A stretch of DNA of 64,000 nucleotides from Enoplolaimus lenunculus (taxonomy: Eukaryota): positions 62,001 to 126,000 of the forward strand of contig JASANG010001128.1 in NCBI GenBank assembly GCA_030248215.1, written 5' to 3'. Below, in pieces: positions 35,117-48,265 of this stretch. Every line of letters starts with the position of its first letter. Positions within the stretch are counted from its first letter, which is position 1. The notes under the pieces were generated by a model. It was not told the origin of the DNA, did no database searches, and saw only the letters and a list, made by a program, of their open reading frames with translations. A program made the position numbers and the translations under genes.

Positions 35117-35473
35117 GCGAGGGCAGCACCGACATCCCTTGTGACAGCGAGGGTAGCACCGACATCCCCTCTGAGAGCGAGGGTAGCACCTACATCCCCT
35201 CTGAGAGCGAGGGTAGCTCCGACATCCCCTCTGAGAGCGAGGGTAGCACCGACATCCCCTCTGAGAGCGAGGGTAGCACCGACATCCCCTCTGAGAGCGA
35301 GGGTAGCACCGACATCCTTTGTAAGAGCGAGGGTAGCACCGACATCCCTTGTGAGAGCGAGGGCAGCACCGACGTCCCCTCTGAGAGCGAGGGTAGCACC
35401 GACATCCTTTGTGAGAGCGAGGACAGCACCGACATCCCCTCTGAGAGCGAGGGTAGCACCGACATCCCCTCTG
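35117..35473. repeat. GC-rich 30-bp minisatellite x12
   Basis: Unit GCGAGGGTAGCACCGACATCCCCTCTGAGA. Confidence 0.95.
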
Positions 35474-37052
35474 CGAACAACTCCGTTTCGCCAGAACAAA
35501 AACTGTTTGTACTGCATTGAAAGAATTCTATGTTTAGGAAACTGTTCTTTCATCCTTCTGAATGTATCTTTGCCTTCTCTACACGAATAACTAATGTTTT
35601 TCGGCAGCAGCGCATCCAGAAATTTCTGACAGCGCAGCGGGTTGGCAAATGTTATGGAACGCAATTTTTACTGTATGCTATATTATGTGCTATTTGCAGC
35701 GAAAACTTGTAAAGTAGAAGAGAACTTACGATTTTATCACAAAAAATTTTCTGACACGGACGTACGCCCCCGAATCCCATCTGAATGCGGTTGTAATTAT
35801 GAGGCTGTATTTCCGGCTTAAAGTAAAATTTATTCATTAAAAATTTACACAAATATCTCTTGAAATCCTTGAAGTCTACACAAGACAGCGCTGCGATACG
35901 AAATTGCTAAAACACCTGGTCTGTCTATGTCGAATATCACAAATTTTATGTGAAGTCTGTTTTAAAATTTCAAAACATCGTTTCGTATTTTATTTAATTT
36001 CGGATTAATTTTAGGAATCTGTGACAATTCGTCACCTGACACCTTGTCGTCCAACTGTGGCCCAAATCCTATAAATTAATTTAAGCATAAGCCTATAAGC
36101 TAAAGTAAAATAATAGGCGATGAATTGTCGAGTCGATGAAATTTCGGATTACAAGTTGTCGGTCGACGAATTGTCGTGATACTCAATTTTAAATGGTGAA
36201 ATACAGCATGTAAATTTGAATATGGATGCTTTAGACCACTGGCAGTGAAGCGGTTAAATCCAAAAAGCGAAATGGGGCCAAGTAAAAGCAATTTTAGCCT
36301 TAAAAGCTGATACCAAATTTCAGTTTTGAATTTCAGACGGCCGTTCGCCGCCCTTCTCTCTGTATTCACCCCTGCATGAATCTGCCCTTAGGGGTCACCG
36401 GCCGCATTTTGAAGACACGATTTTTAGCAAAAAGAATACACGTTTTTCAGTTATTTGCATTAACAAAATTGTTGCAGCGGGTTTTACAAAATTACTTTCG
36501 GGGTACAGTGACCCGAATAAGAGGGGGGGCTGATATTTATTTGGCCTCTTCAAAGGGTACCCCCGTGTTATTTGGTTACGGACTGTTATTTATTTTTAAT
36601 CCGCCGCCCATCGGTACTGACATATATGCGGTGTTGGAACTATCCGTTAAATTAAACGTTTATTGGTCTTGAATCAAAAGCTTGAGCGATAATGCAAGGT
36701 TAAACTTAGGAATTAGCTTCAAACTTAAGTATGCGTCTAAGTTCAATCACGTTAAACAATCATAAGCGAAAAATCAGAATTCCGGCATCGGAATAGCAGT
36801 CAGTCGGAATCGGAATTGGAACCCAAATTTTATCACAATTTTAGCCGGAATCGGAATTCCGTTGGAACCCTGGTGTTTAGGTCTTGTAACTTTAGAACTA
36901 GTGAATGGTGTGGTGTTGAAATTCAGCCCATTTTTTCGCATTTGATTCAATCGCGTGAGTAGTGTCATTAGCGAACTTTTTCCTTTTCTTTTGAAAACAA
37001 TTAACCAAATGTTTTTAATTTCTTAAAAATTTAAACAACAGTTAAAATATTT

Positions 37053-37326
37053 TTGTTTGTTTGTTTGTTATTGTTGTTGTTGTTCTCGTTGTTGTTGTTG
37101 TTGTTGTTCTCGTTGTTGTTGTTGTTGTTGTTCTCGTTGTTGTTGTCGTTGTTGTTGTTTTTGTTGTTGTTGGTGTTCTCGTTGTTGTTCTCGTTGTTGT
37201 TGTTTTTGTTGTTGTTTGTTGTTGTTGTTGTTTGTTGTTGTTGTTGTTTGCTGTTGTTGTTGTCGTCGTCGTCGTTGTTGTTGTTGTTGTTGTTGTTCTC
37301 GTTGTTGTTGTTTTTGTTGTTGTTGC

Positions 37327-37374
<48 letters not shown>

Positions 37375-37481
37375 CGTTGTTCTCGTTGTTGTCGTTGTTT
37401 TTGTTGTTGTTTTTGAGGTTGTTGTTGTTGTTTTTGTTGTTGTTGTTGTTGTTTTTGTTGTTGTTGTTGTTGTTGTTGGTG
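37053..37481. repeat. Degenerate (TTG)n/(AAC)n microsatellite, about 430 bp
   Basis: TTG units with TTC/TCG/TTT interruptions. Confidence 0.97.
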
Positions 37482-38740
37482 TTCAAATTGTGAAATTTGA
37501 ACGATTTTTTTGCACAGTTGACAAGTTGTTTGTCTCGCGATATCGATCATGATACGGTTTAGTGTCACACGACGGCTGTAAAATCCTCTGTATAACTTTC
37601 CTGCACAGATTTTTCATGCTCAGCACGTTTACTGTTAACATTTGATGACCGATATTAACGGGCCGGTAGCCAAGGGGGGTTCAGCGCGCCCCCCCCGCAC
37701 CTTGAAAAAATTTTGGCCTTCTCTAGAAAATTTTCAACATTTCTTGTAAGTCAACGAAAATCCTTGTATGCCCAGCCTGAAAATTTTTTAGGCACCACAC
37801 TAGTAGTTAGGTGAGCTGGCTACGTGCCTTGAGGTAAGAAATATATTCCGAGCTGGGTAAAAGTGAAGGGCACGTATTCTCAAAATCTGAGTCAAAATTC
37901 GACTCCGCCAGAGTCAATTTGAGTCGAATTTGACTCAGGCGGAGTCGAATTTGACGACTCGGTTATTGTATTCTCGAAAAGCCTATTTCGAAGAGCGTCA
38001 ATTTTTCTGACCATTTTTTGCAGTGTAGCAACGTTGACGTCAGCAGTTGCAGGAATTCGTCAGTTTGAAAGCTGTCTGTAAATGGAGATAGGAACTATAC
38101 GCATTTGAGAATATTGGCTCGAGGATTAGAGTTTATTTTACGTTTAGTTTGAGTTGTTTGGCTAAAATCGGATGCTAACATGGATGACGTGGTAACAAGC
38201 TAGCACGTGCCGTTACATCTGCTTAGTTAAAATGATTAAAATATAAAGTTTGGCTTGGTTTTTGTCCGTTGTCAATTTTAAGGGTCTACAGTGGCGGATA
38301 ATGAGATAATGATTGCATTCGTTGGGTGTAAGCAGTACCGGAACAGGTTAGACTGATGGCATCCAAAATTCCAGGATGCGGGATTTTGCGATAATCATTT
38401 ATGTTTCAAATTTTATGTTTAATATCTTGCTGGGGATCCCACTTTGATATGGGACCGTCCCCAAACAGGGGAACAGGAATGGCTGCTCTGGGCCTGGGTG
38501 TAAGTGAACCCACCTGGCAAATATCAAATCGAAAACGCTTCGAGTCGGACGGAATCAGTGGAGTGAATCCGGCGAAGTATTTGGTCAGGTACCATGCCTC
38601 CCAACTCGTTGTAAATTTGTTTCTTGATCTGCCCATGGCACGAACACGTTGTCACCCGACAGCTTCCTCTGTACAAAAAATTTTCAAATCCTGACCCTTT
38701 TTGCGGCCAAATGCGAGCATAATGACAATATTACCAGAAA

Positions 38741-39063
38741 CCAGCAAAATCTCGAGTTGTACCCGGGTCAGCAGCAAAAACTCGAGTTGTACCCGGGTCA
38801 CCAGCAAAAACTCGAGTTGTACCCGGGTCACCAGCAAAAACTCGAGTTGTACCCGGGTCACCAGCAAAAACTCGAGTTGTACCCGGGTCACCAGCAAAAA
38901 CTCGAGTTGTACCCGGGTCACCAGCAAAAACTCGAGTTGTACCCGGGTCACCAGCAAAGACTCGAGTTGTATCCGGGTCACCAGCAAAAACTCGAGTTGT
39001 ACCCGGGTTACCAGCAAAAACTCGAGTTGTACCCGGGTTACCAGCAAAAACTCGAGTTGTACC
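38741..39063. repeat. 30-bp minisatellite, about 11 copies
   Basis: Unit CCAGCAAAAACTCGAGTTGTACCCGGGTCA. Confidence 0.96.
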
Positions 39064-39699
39064 AGTGTCTTTAGTGTCTGTCTCCTTGTCGAAAAGTATC
39101 TATAATATTACAGATGAATCTAAAACGTCTTATCATCTGTAAACATTTTGTTGTTGTCCGCGTTGTATTTGAGCTCTGACACGGTTTGACATATACTGTA
39201 AACTGTGATCTGTATCATTAATATTAACACTTTTAGATAGTTTAAACGGTTTAATTTCACTCGTTTTAGTATAAATATGACGTAGTTAAATTTGTACTCT
39301 TCGTTCAACTGAGCGATGCCAAGCGAGCTGGTAAGCAACGACGGTTCGAAGAAATATTATGGCCTCCTAGAAAATTTTCAAACTTGCTTGTACGTCAACA
39401 AAAACCGTTGTATTCGCGTTGTGAAAATATTTCAGCCTTTGGGGTAAAAGTTTACTTGCTAGTAAAATTTTACCAGGGTGAGTCCATCATGGCCTTTTTA
39501 GAATACTGCACTGAACCCACGTTCGTCATTATGGCTATCACGAATCCGGTTGACTATTGTTGGCATGCCCAACTCTATACCTGGGTCTGCGGTCTTCCAT
39601 CTACGCCGTTCTCAACTGCGCATCGCGAGCATATGACCCATTCCACCAAATCTGCAACAGCGTTCATAGATTCCAGTTTGACGTGGATGCATGTTTCAA

Positions 39700-39943
39700 C
39701 CCCTTCTCACATTGAGTTGCCTATACGCAACTCAGCGCAGTGTATATACGTTAAATAATATATATCGCACAGTGTTTAACAATTGCAACACGTACACATA
39801 GTACTAAATCACCACAAGACGTGAGTGCCCCTCGGGCTCGAGCGTCAAGCTCCTATACCTGAGTGGTGATGGTATACGGCTCCCACTCCAGTCGTTGGAG
39901 TTCGAATCCTAGCATAAAAGTAGGTCTTTCATGTGAGAAAGGG
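39700..39943 (+). mobile_element. Family E1 MITE
   Basis: Close match to the 25495 copy; TCAA/TTAA flanks. Confidence 0.85.
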
Positions 39944-40976
39944 TTAATACCCCCTTTGTATATGTTTATGAAAGATTAAAATTATCACTTGTGACGGTGT
40001 AAAAGTGATTATTTTATGCCGCAAGGCGATTTGTTTGCAGACAACAGCTTGAGAAAATTGCCGGATTGACTGCATTTTGCAAGTTTGATGTGTACGAATT
40101 GCAGTTGCTGGAGCAGGAGCGTCCGTAGAAAATTATATTCGGGGGGCACCGCACAGTTTTGGTGACCCCTGCAATTGCAATGCAAGATTGTTTACTTTTA
40201 CACCGAGTCGATTTTAGGGGTCACCAGCCAATTTTGGGGGGCATGGCTTCCCAGTGCACGCCGTGGTAACTGCCTTGCGCTGGAGTTAGAATGTTTGCTT
40301 CAGTGACTGTAGTGCGAGTACCAAGCTAAAACGAAGGTTGCCAGAGGGGTTCTATTGAAAAACATTTGCGTGAGCCATAAGCCCCCCATGATCATTGTTT
40401 ACCTATCCTCATAGTAGCGGTGGATCCAGAAGTTTTTGACGGGAGCGGGTTGGCAAAAGTTATGAAACGTAATTTTTACTGTATGCAATATATGTCAATT
40501 GTCTAACGGGGAAAAATTGTACGGTAGGGGACCTTACCATTTTATCACAAAAATCTTTTCAACGGGGGAGATAAGTCTTATTCGGCCCAACTATGGGTCA
40601 GCTAATGGCTAATGGCCTAAGTCTAAACTATTTTTGTTTTCTCTACAAACATTCATTTTCATTTTGCACTGTTTCTATATGTCTTACAGACAATCCTGAC
40701 ACACGGGACTCAACGTAAACACATTGCCTTTTATGGTTATTCGCAGACTTTCACAGGAATAACGTATACGGCCGAGTAAGGGTGCACTGCAAAAACTGGT
40801 GAATCAAATTGACTCTCTCCGAAATAGGCTTTTCCAGACTACACAAACTGAGTCAAATTCGACTCCGTCAGAGTCAAATTCGACTTGCTGAGCGATTCAG
40901 TGCATCGAATTTAATTCTGGCGGAGTCGAAATTTAACTCAGTTTGTGTAGTCAGAAAAAGCCAATTTCGGAGAGAA

Positions 40977-41335
40977 TTTGCCGTTCGACACCGTCCGTCA
41001 CCGTTCGGTATCAATATATAGTCGTAAGCCTATTTCGGAGAGAATCAATTTGACTCACCATTTTTTGCAGTGTGGCGATAGACTTGCCGTTCGACACCGT
41101 CCGTCACCGTCCGGTATCAATATACAGTCGTAAGCCTATTTCGGAGAGAATCAATTTGACTCACCATTTTTTGCAGTGTGGCGATAGACTTGCCGTTCGA
41201 CACCGTCCGGTATCAATGTATAGTCGTAAGCGTATTTCGGAGAGAATCAATATGACTCACCATTTTTTGCAGTGCGGTGACAGACTTGCCATTCGACACC
41301 ATCCGTCACCGTCCGGTATCAATATAAAGTCGTAC
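40977..41335. repeat. Tandem ~100-110-bp duplications of a family D right end plus flank
   Basis: TTGCCGTTCGACACCGTCCG...GTCGTA and AGCCTATTTCGGAGAGAATC...TTGCAGTG recur 3-4 times. Confidence 0.85.
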
Positions 41336-42754
41336 CATACGTGACTAATTCACGACTACGATATCGCACAGTGACGGACGCTAAACATTTAGGTTCAATA
41401 CCCGAGTTAACGGGGGTATCTTGGCCGACGCCCCGTCCAACAGAGATCAAAACCAAAATTTTGTATTAAGGTTTAGGTGCTTAAGCGACAGGTTTATCCT
41501 GGTTCCCGTCGCTCTTTTTCCACTATGCCATCTCACAGCGGTCTCGTTTAAAAGTTTGCGACTCCGCTACTGTCATATAGCAATTCAACTACCGTTTTAT
41601 TAGTTTATCTACTGCACCCATCGTTTTGGTTTGCTAACGTTAAGCTTTAAGCTAACGGTAAATACAGGGTTTGTCCAAATAGTTTACTAGAAAACAACAC
41701 AAGGAAGTGACTCATTAATGCTACCGGAAGTATTAGGTTATTAAAATTTTTGGATCACGGCAGCCGAACTTTAATTCAAATAACGTTTAAATTTCACAGC
41801 GGATTTCGTTTGGATATGGCCATCCCCATGGATCAGCAGCTGATTTCTATTCAGCTGGGCAGACAGGATTTTGTTTCGAGAGGGTAGAACCTAACATCAT
41901 TGTTGGCTCTCTTGAAGCCAGAAGGTCATTCCAAAGGACTACCAAGCATGCTTTTTCTTGCCTCCAGAAATTTCTAAAAGGAATATTATATCCGCTTCTT
42001 CTTTCTTTATATACACGACTGAATGGAACTATCACTAGCCTGCTCTGTAGCCAAGCGGGGGTGCAGGGGGGGCTCACCCCCGTTAGAAAAATTTTGACCA
42101 CCCTCCTAGAAAATTTTCATCCTTGCTTGTAAGTCAATAACAACCGTTTTATATGCCCCTCGTGAAAATTTTTTTAGCTCCCCCCTAGCAAGCTGGGCTG
42201 GCTTCAAGCCTGTGTCTAGTGTTTTTTAAAAATTTCAAAAAATCTACACATCTTGTTTTCATTGTAACCACTACAGCATCGCGTGGCATTTATGTTTCAA
42301 CATTTCTTAGCTTACAATTCTTAATCCCGCTTTAGACCTCTTGACGTCCTCTTACCGGCCCCTGCACCCGACTGTAGCCACAGAGCGGCCAATGGTGGTT
42401 CCGCTTAGCCCCTCCGGTTGGAACAATATTGACCAACCTGTAAAATTGTCAACCTTGTTTGTAAGTTATCGAAAACCCTTGTATGCCCGTCCAGAAAATT
42501 TTTTAGCCCTCCTAGCAAGCTGAGCTGGCTACAGACGTGCCCCTCGCGGTTGCTTCTGTAGTCCTTCAAAAAATTTTACATCGTTTTAGTAGTGCAGTAT
42601 GGTATGCAACTCGATCAATATTGCAATTTTGTTCGTTGCTTTAAAGTTTTAAGCGACAAACTTAATCCAGCCAGTGCCCTTTTGAATATGCTCACTGAAA
42701 AATTAACAGTCGTTAGACGACACTTCATTCATCGTTTAAGAATTTTAAAATCAG

Positions 42755-42840
42755 CTCGTATCCGCAGACGCGGATCAAGGACGTCTCCGGAGTCGCATCC
42801 GGTAACAACTTTCGCAACGGACGGAAACTGGACACGTTTC
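42755..42840 (+). CDS. Candidate exon, frame unresolved
   Basis: GC-richer unique island with AATCAG acceptor and GTAAGT donor; two frames open. Confidence 0.3.
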
Positions 42841-44591
42841 GTAAGTTGATTTCTTAGTTGTTAAAATTTATGGAGCCTGAAGCGCATGGAGGGGATCGGA
42901 TCCCTAGATCCGTGCCCGTAGCTAAGGGGTGGTGCAAGGGGCTCAGCCACCACTGGCACAATCCACCCTAGAAAATTTTCAACATTGCTTGTAAGTCAAC
43001 GAATGCCGTTGTATGATCCCTCCTGAAAATTTTGTAGCCCAGTCCTAGCAAGGTGCGCTGGTTACACGCCTGCCTAAATACCCCCGTGGATTCGTCCTTG
43101 CGGATCCGTAGCCTGGGGGATTCGAGTGGTCAAATCCTCTGCTAAATTTTCATTTACAATCAATGGTCAGTAATGTGAAATCCTTACACGGCGCTCCAAA
43201 AACGGTTTTTAGTGCCCTAAGAGTTATAAGTTTGGCAGGGACCTGAGTCATCCCAAATCCTGAACCAGTGGCTGATTCAGGAGTTTGCATAAGGGGGGTG
43301 CGCGCGAGGTATAATAGTAGAAAATTGGCGACACAAAAGCCAGCTACAAACTCAACGCCATTTTAGTGCTAAACCTTAATACAAAAATTTGGCTTGTGCC
43401 CCCCAAATAGACTCGGGTTAACAGTAAACAATCTTGAATTACAGGTGTAGGCAGATCCCCAAATTGTTCACTGCCTCCAAATATAATTGTCTGTGGACGC
43501 CTCTGGCGAACGGAAGTCAAAGTAACCAGTTTCTTAATGATGTATACACCATTTTACAGGCGTTTATGGGTTTAGAGGTGACAACGGTGCATCCCTGACG
43601 CATCCCGGTCCACGCGTGCTTGGTAGCAGGTACATCGTGGATTCGCGCCCTACCGAAACCACAGTTAAATTTTTTGGTGAAGGACCGAAGGGGCATTTGG
43701 TTCGGCTTTTCTTAGAATTGCTTATGCGTAAATTTCCGCTTCAAAGCTTAAAGTTCATGCCTATCATTTTTGCCAATTTCTATAAAATGCGTCTAATCTG
43801 AACAGCCGTTGAACCAATCTGCTGGTTTTGAAGAATTCGGTTAACAATTTCAACTGCTATTAAACCATGTTCTTACCAAAATGAAATCATTAACCATAGA
43901 TTAAAACTGACAGCTACTAAGTGAAACGTACTTTCAGAATAATTTTCACCCCCATCCCAGCAAGGTTAGCTGGCTATGGACCTGGTACAAGAGATCCTGT
44001 TTTCGATTATGTATTCACTGGCATCGCCTAAACCCATTAGCCCATCCAGAAAGATGAAGAAGGTGGGGCGTACACCCTCCGTCAGAAACTTTTTTTGTGA
44101 TAAAATGGTAATCTTGCAATTTTTCCTCACAAAATTGGCACGTATATAGCATGCTGCAAAAATAGCGTTTCATAACTTTTGCCAGCCCCCCATTTGTCAA
44201 AAATTTCTAGATCGGCCGCTGCTTAAGCCAGATTATTGTATTAAATCAACTCAGACAATCCACTGCTTCGCTCCGATGCTACAACAATTGCTCAAACTGG
44301 TCTGTGAACTGCATTCTGCAAGTGAAATTGCACAAATTGCAGTCAGTAATTTCTTCGATACAGTAGTAACATATCAATTACAAGTACTCTCTTCATCAAG
44401 CGCTGTATTTCCCCTTAAAATTAGAAAATTTTCAAAGGAAACCACCTATATTTTAATGCTTAATATCGGTAACAGTTACGAAAGTTTGAAAATTTGAGTA
44501 GACTTTTAGCTATGTAATTTCCAATCTGATTCACAATACGCAGCGTTCAACAGCTTCAAGACTAAAGCTTACATTTTTTGATATCTGTCAG

Positions 44592-44770
44592 TGCCCACGT
44601 TACTTTATGGGGCGTCCAGGTTTCTGGTGGGTCCACAAAAGAGTAGGTTTAGATTCTAGATTACATTTTTTTGTTTAGGCTTAGGCTTAGGAACACATGT
44701 TTGCAACGCGTAGGCTTAGGCTTAGGAATACGCTTAATCTACTGTTACGCCCCTAAAAGTAATATTGGCC
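44592..44770 (+). mobile_element. Family A2 MITE
   Basis: TSD TCTGTCAG/TCTATCAG. Confidence 0.86.
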
Positions 44771-47700
44771 TCTATCAGGATGGTCTTCCGAATTACCTGT
44801 TGCTTGTTGCATTCAGGATCACAGTTTTTGCCAACATTTGTATTTTTAATTAACTTTTTGAATTTTATACGTTCTGTTGAGTTGTCACAAGCAGCAATCA
44901 TCACTTAGTAATATTCAAACTCACTAACGATTGCAGTTGTTGTACGTGCCAAATTTTGAGCCTGAGCATTCACTGGTTCGAGTGTTACGAGACCTACACT
45001 GTAAATTCCAATGGGTTGATTAATAAATTCAGCTAGCGATTTGATTATTTCTGAATTAATATCAGTAAACATTAACTACAAAAGGTCCCCCCCAAAAACT
45101 GATAATAGGAGCTATACACATTTGAGAACACGGGCCCATGGTATGCAACCAGAAATCGTTACAAAACGGATCAGTAAGATTTGTAAAGGTGACAAGAAAT
45201 TTTTTGATACATTTTTCGTCCATAAAGGTCGAAGATGTCTGGGGTAATGTATAGAACACTGCCGTACCAGTAGTATAAGCATATTCCTAAGCCTAAGCGT
45301 AAGTATTAGTTTACACCTGGGTCCGTATTCTCAAATGTGTGTAGTACCTATCACCAGTTGTTGATACGAGCTATAATTTTCGAACCAGTGCATGCTGACG
45401 CTCAAAATTAGCACACGATTCGCATTGCTCTACTCCTGTAAAAATTTTGAGTTCAACAACTGCAATAATTACCGAGTTTGAAAACCTACTAACTGATGAT
45501 AGTTGCTATATACACATTTGAGAATATGGGTCCTAAGCCTAAACCTAACCAAAAAAACGTTAGTCTAAAGCTTACTCTATTGTATAGTCCCGTAGTATAA
45601 CGTTCCGCTCCTGATCTTTACATGGGCCGGTGTCAATACGGGGCTGCTCCCCCCGTCCTAGTTTCGTCCCTGCTGCCAAATAGCCAAATTTTCTCAAAAA
45701 AATGTATTTTTATTGATCAGAAAATATATTAATTGTCACAATAATTCTCAACCAATTTAATATATTTGTGGTCTGAATATTTTTTGCGTGATTCAAGCCA
45801 TTTTAAACAACCTGACGCTACGTTTGCCAGTTTGGTTTGTTGCTTTTTGGTTTACGCTTTACGTACGGTTTTGGTTGATGCGCTGTTTGCATGTAATATT
45901 ATATAAACCAGATGGGTATATGTACATATATATGTACATACATATTGAAATTTTTTCAAACTAAACCGCTACGTTTTATAGTATGGGCTTATTGACATTT
46001 CAAAAATTTCACTATTTTATTGATTTAAAGGTTTTTGATTCACCAGAGCCAGCGAGATCAACTCACAGATGTTGAACCTAATCATGACCGCCGGCATTGA
46101 AACCTGTAGCCAGAGGCGCACCGGGGGAATTCATTTTTTCTGGCAAACATTTTGAATCCCTGTGGAAAATATCATCCACGCTTGTGTTAAGTGATGTCAA
46201 ATCTTTGCATGCCACTCTTGAAATTTTAAGCTGGTTCTTGATATGTTGAATTGGCTACGGGTGTATCGGAAACCAAAATATGTCTTACATCTTCTATGCA
46301 TCCAAAAATTAAGTTTCTAGACCCCTTCAAGTTTGTCCGTGTGCCCCCTTTAGTTAGCCGGGACGCTTTGCAATGCAAGCGAGAAACGCACCATGATTGT
46401 AGATGCTAAATCCTAATACAAAATTTTGGTTATGATCTTCGTTGCTACGGCCGATTCTTGGGTCGTCTCAGTTTGCAACCGCCAGTGACACCGGGCCCTT
46501 TTGGTCCGCGTTCCCTTGTAAATTTTCAACCTTGCTTGTCAGTCATCGAAAACCGTTGTATGCCCCTCTTGAAAAATGTTTTGGCGCACGCTTGCAAGGT
46601 GACCTGGCTACCAGCCTGTGCTGTTCAAATTTAAAAATTATATTTCAATTTTTTTCAACTATGAAATTTGATATGTAAAAATTCACATATTTAAAACATC
46701 TGTCATTTAAGTGGCTGTCTAGCAACTTCTGTTATGACCGGGTAGAATGTACCAATAGTGAAGTACGGGTTAATGGAATCACGACTAAAAGCATCTAACA
46801 GGCTCTTGTACGCTTTTCGTCTCATATTCAAGGTTAAGCCTTAGGCTCCAGGGATAACTTAGGCAAAACCTTAAAGGAAACGGCCGTTTTTAGCTAAAAT
46901 AGCGACGGTAATTGATTTTACCCCACGGGGCGAATCAGCTGGGGTGTGGGCAAAGCTACTTCACTTATAAGGTTTGTTTCGGTGTACTATGTTGCGACCA
47001 TGCTTATGTGCCCCGCATTTTGAGCGTCAGCTTTGCTCCTGCTTGAGCTTGGGCCTACTTTGAACCTCAATATTGGCTTCGCCATGTCGTATGGATTAAA
47101 CAATCGACACTAAGTAACTGAATAGATTCATAACAGAATCATTAAGATTTTTGGTTAATTCTAATTTTCAGAGACTGTGTAACATACCCAACTGCGCCTA
47201 AACACCTCAAGGTCTCTTAATTGACATATATAGCTTAGACCAGATACTATTGAGTTCCTAACCGGACCAGTAAAATTGTCACCTCGTACATCCGCCGTAT
47301 CGACTCCTGAAGTTTTCAGCAGTCCCGACAATTTGAGATGCAGTCGCGTAGTCAGCTCACGTTGCTAACGGGGCTAAAAAAATTATTTTCGGGATGGGTA
47401 TACAGCGGTTTTCGTTAACTTTACAAGCAAGGTTGAAAATTTTCTAGAGAACGCAATATTTTTACAGGGGGCTGAGTTCCCCTGTTCCCCCACGTCATGA
47501 TGTCGGGTGCTGGTTTGTGTACAAAGATGAAATTGGCTTATAAACGATGTTTACATAACGAATTATGGTTTGTTTGCTTAACGCTTCACAGACAAAGATA
47601 ATAAATTATTGCTTTAAATCGCTCTTGTCAACTTGCCGCGTAGGTATAAACATGTGGGCGCGAGCCGGTAACCAAGAAATAGTCAGGGGACAAAGTATCC

Positions 47701-48179
47701 CTGAGCCCCCGGCAAAACATTTGCCACCTCTTTGAAAATTTGGAACCTTGCATGTAAACCAGCGAAAACCCTTGTATGTCCATCCTGAAAATTTTCTAAC
47801 TCTCTCCCCAGCAACGTGAGCTAGCTACGGAATTGCGTAGGTGTCTAAATACAAACTGCTTCGAAATTTTGTAGCATTTTCAAATTTTTTGACAGAGTAT
47901 TGTCAACTTAGGCAGGGTTTAATCGGGATATGCCAAATGTTTCTTTATGAAATAGCGGCGTTCTGATCACTTAGCGGACGCACTATCATTAGGACACGCA
48001 GTCCGCATCGTCACCTGCTTCTAACGTCGACTTTAAATGTAGCCACGTATTCTGCCGGTAAGCACACATTAAAAGTGTTTTTAGTGATTTAAAACAATCT
48101 TCGATATTAATATATTTTCCGGTTCAAATAACATTATTTAAACCTAAAACTTAAAATTAGCCAATTCTTAGACTTAAAG

Positions 48180-48265
48180 GTGTAATAATTAATGAATTAA
48201 TTAATATTTCAAACAAAATGGAATCGTCTTACGTCGAAATGGAACGCTATTTAAAGTTAGCTGAG
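48180..48265 (+). CDS. Candidate exon (VIINELINISNKMESSYVEMERYLKLAE), gene unassigned
   Basis: TTAAAG acceptor, GAG|GTAAGC donor; phase-compatible with the donor at 48057 and with the exon at 54864. Confidence 0.35.

Noticed and set aside
37031..37568. Poly-N/Q/L/V/C ORFs
   Set aside because: A trinucleotide microsatellite open in several frames, with no splice or homology support
35068..39105. 30-bp arrays as CRISPR arrays or repeat-protein genes
   Set aside because: Units are contiguous with no unique spacers, no cas genes are present, the context is eukaryotic, and the ORFs are open in several frames only because the unit lacks stops
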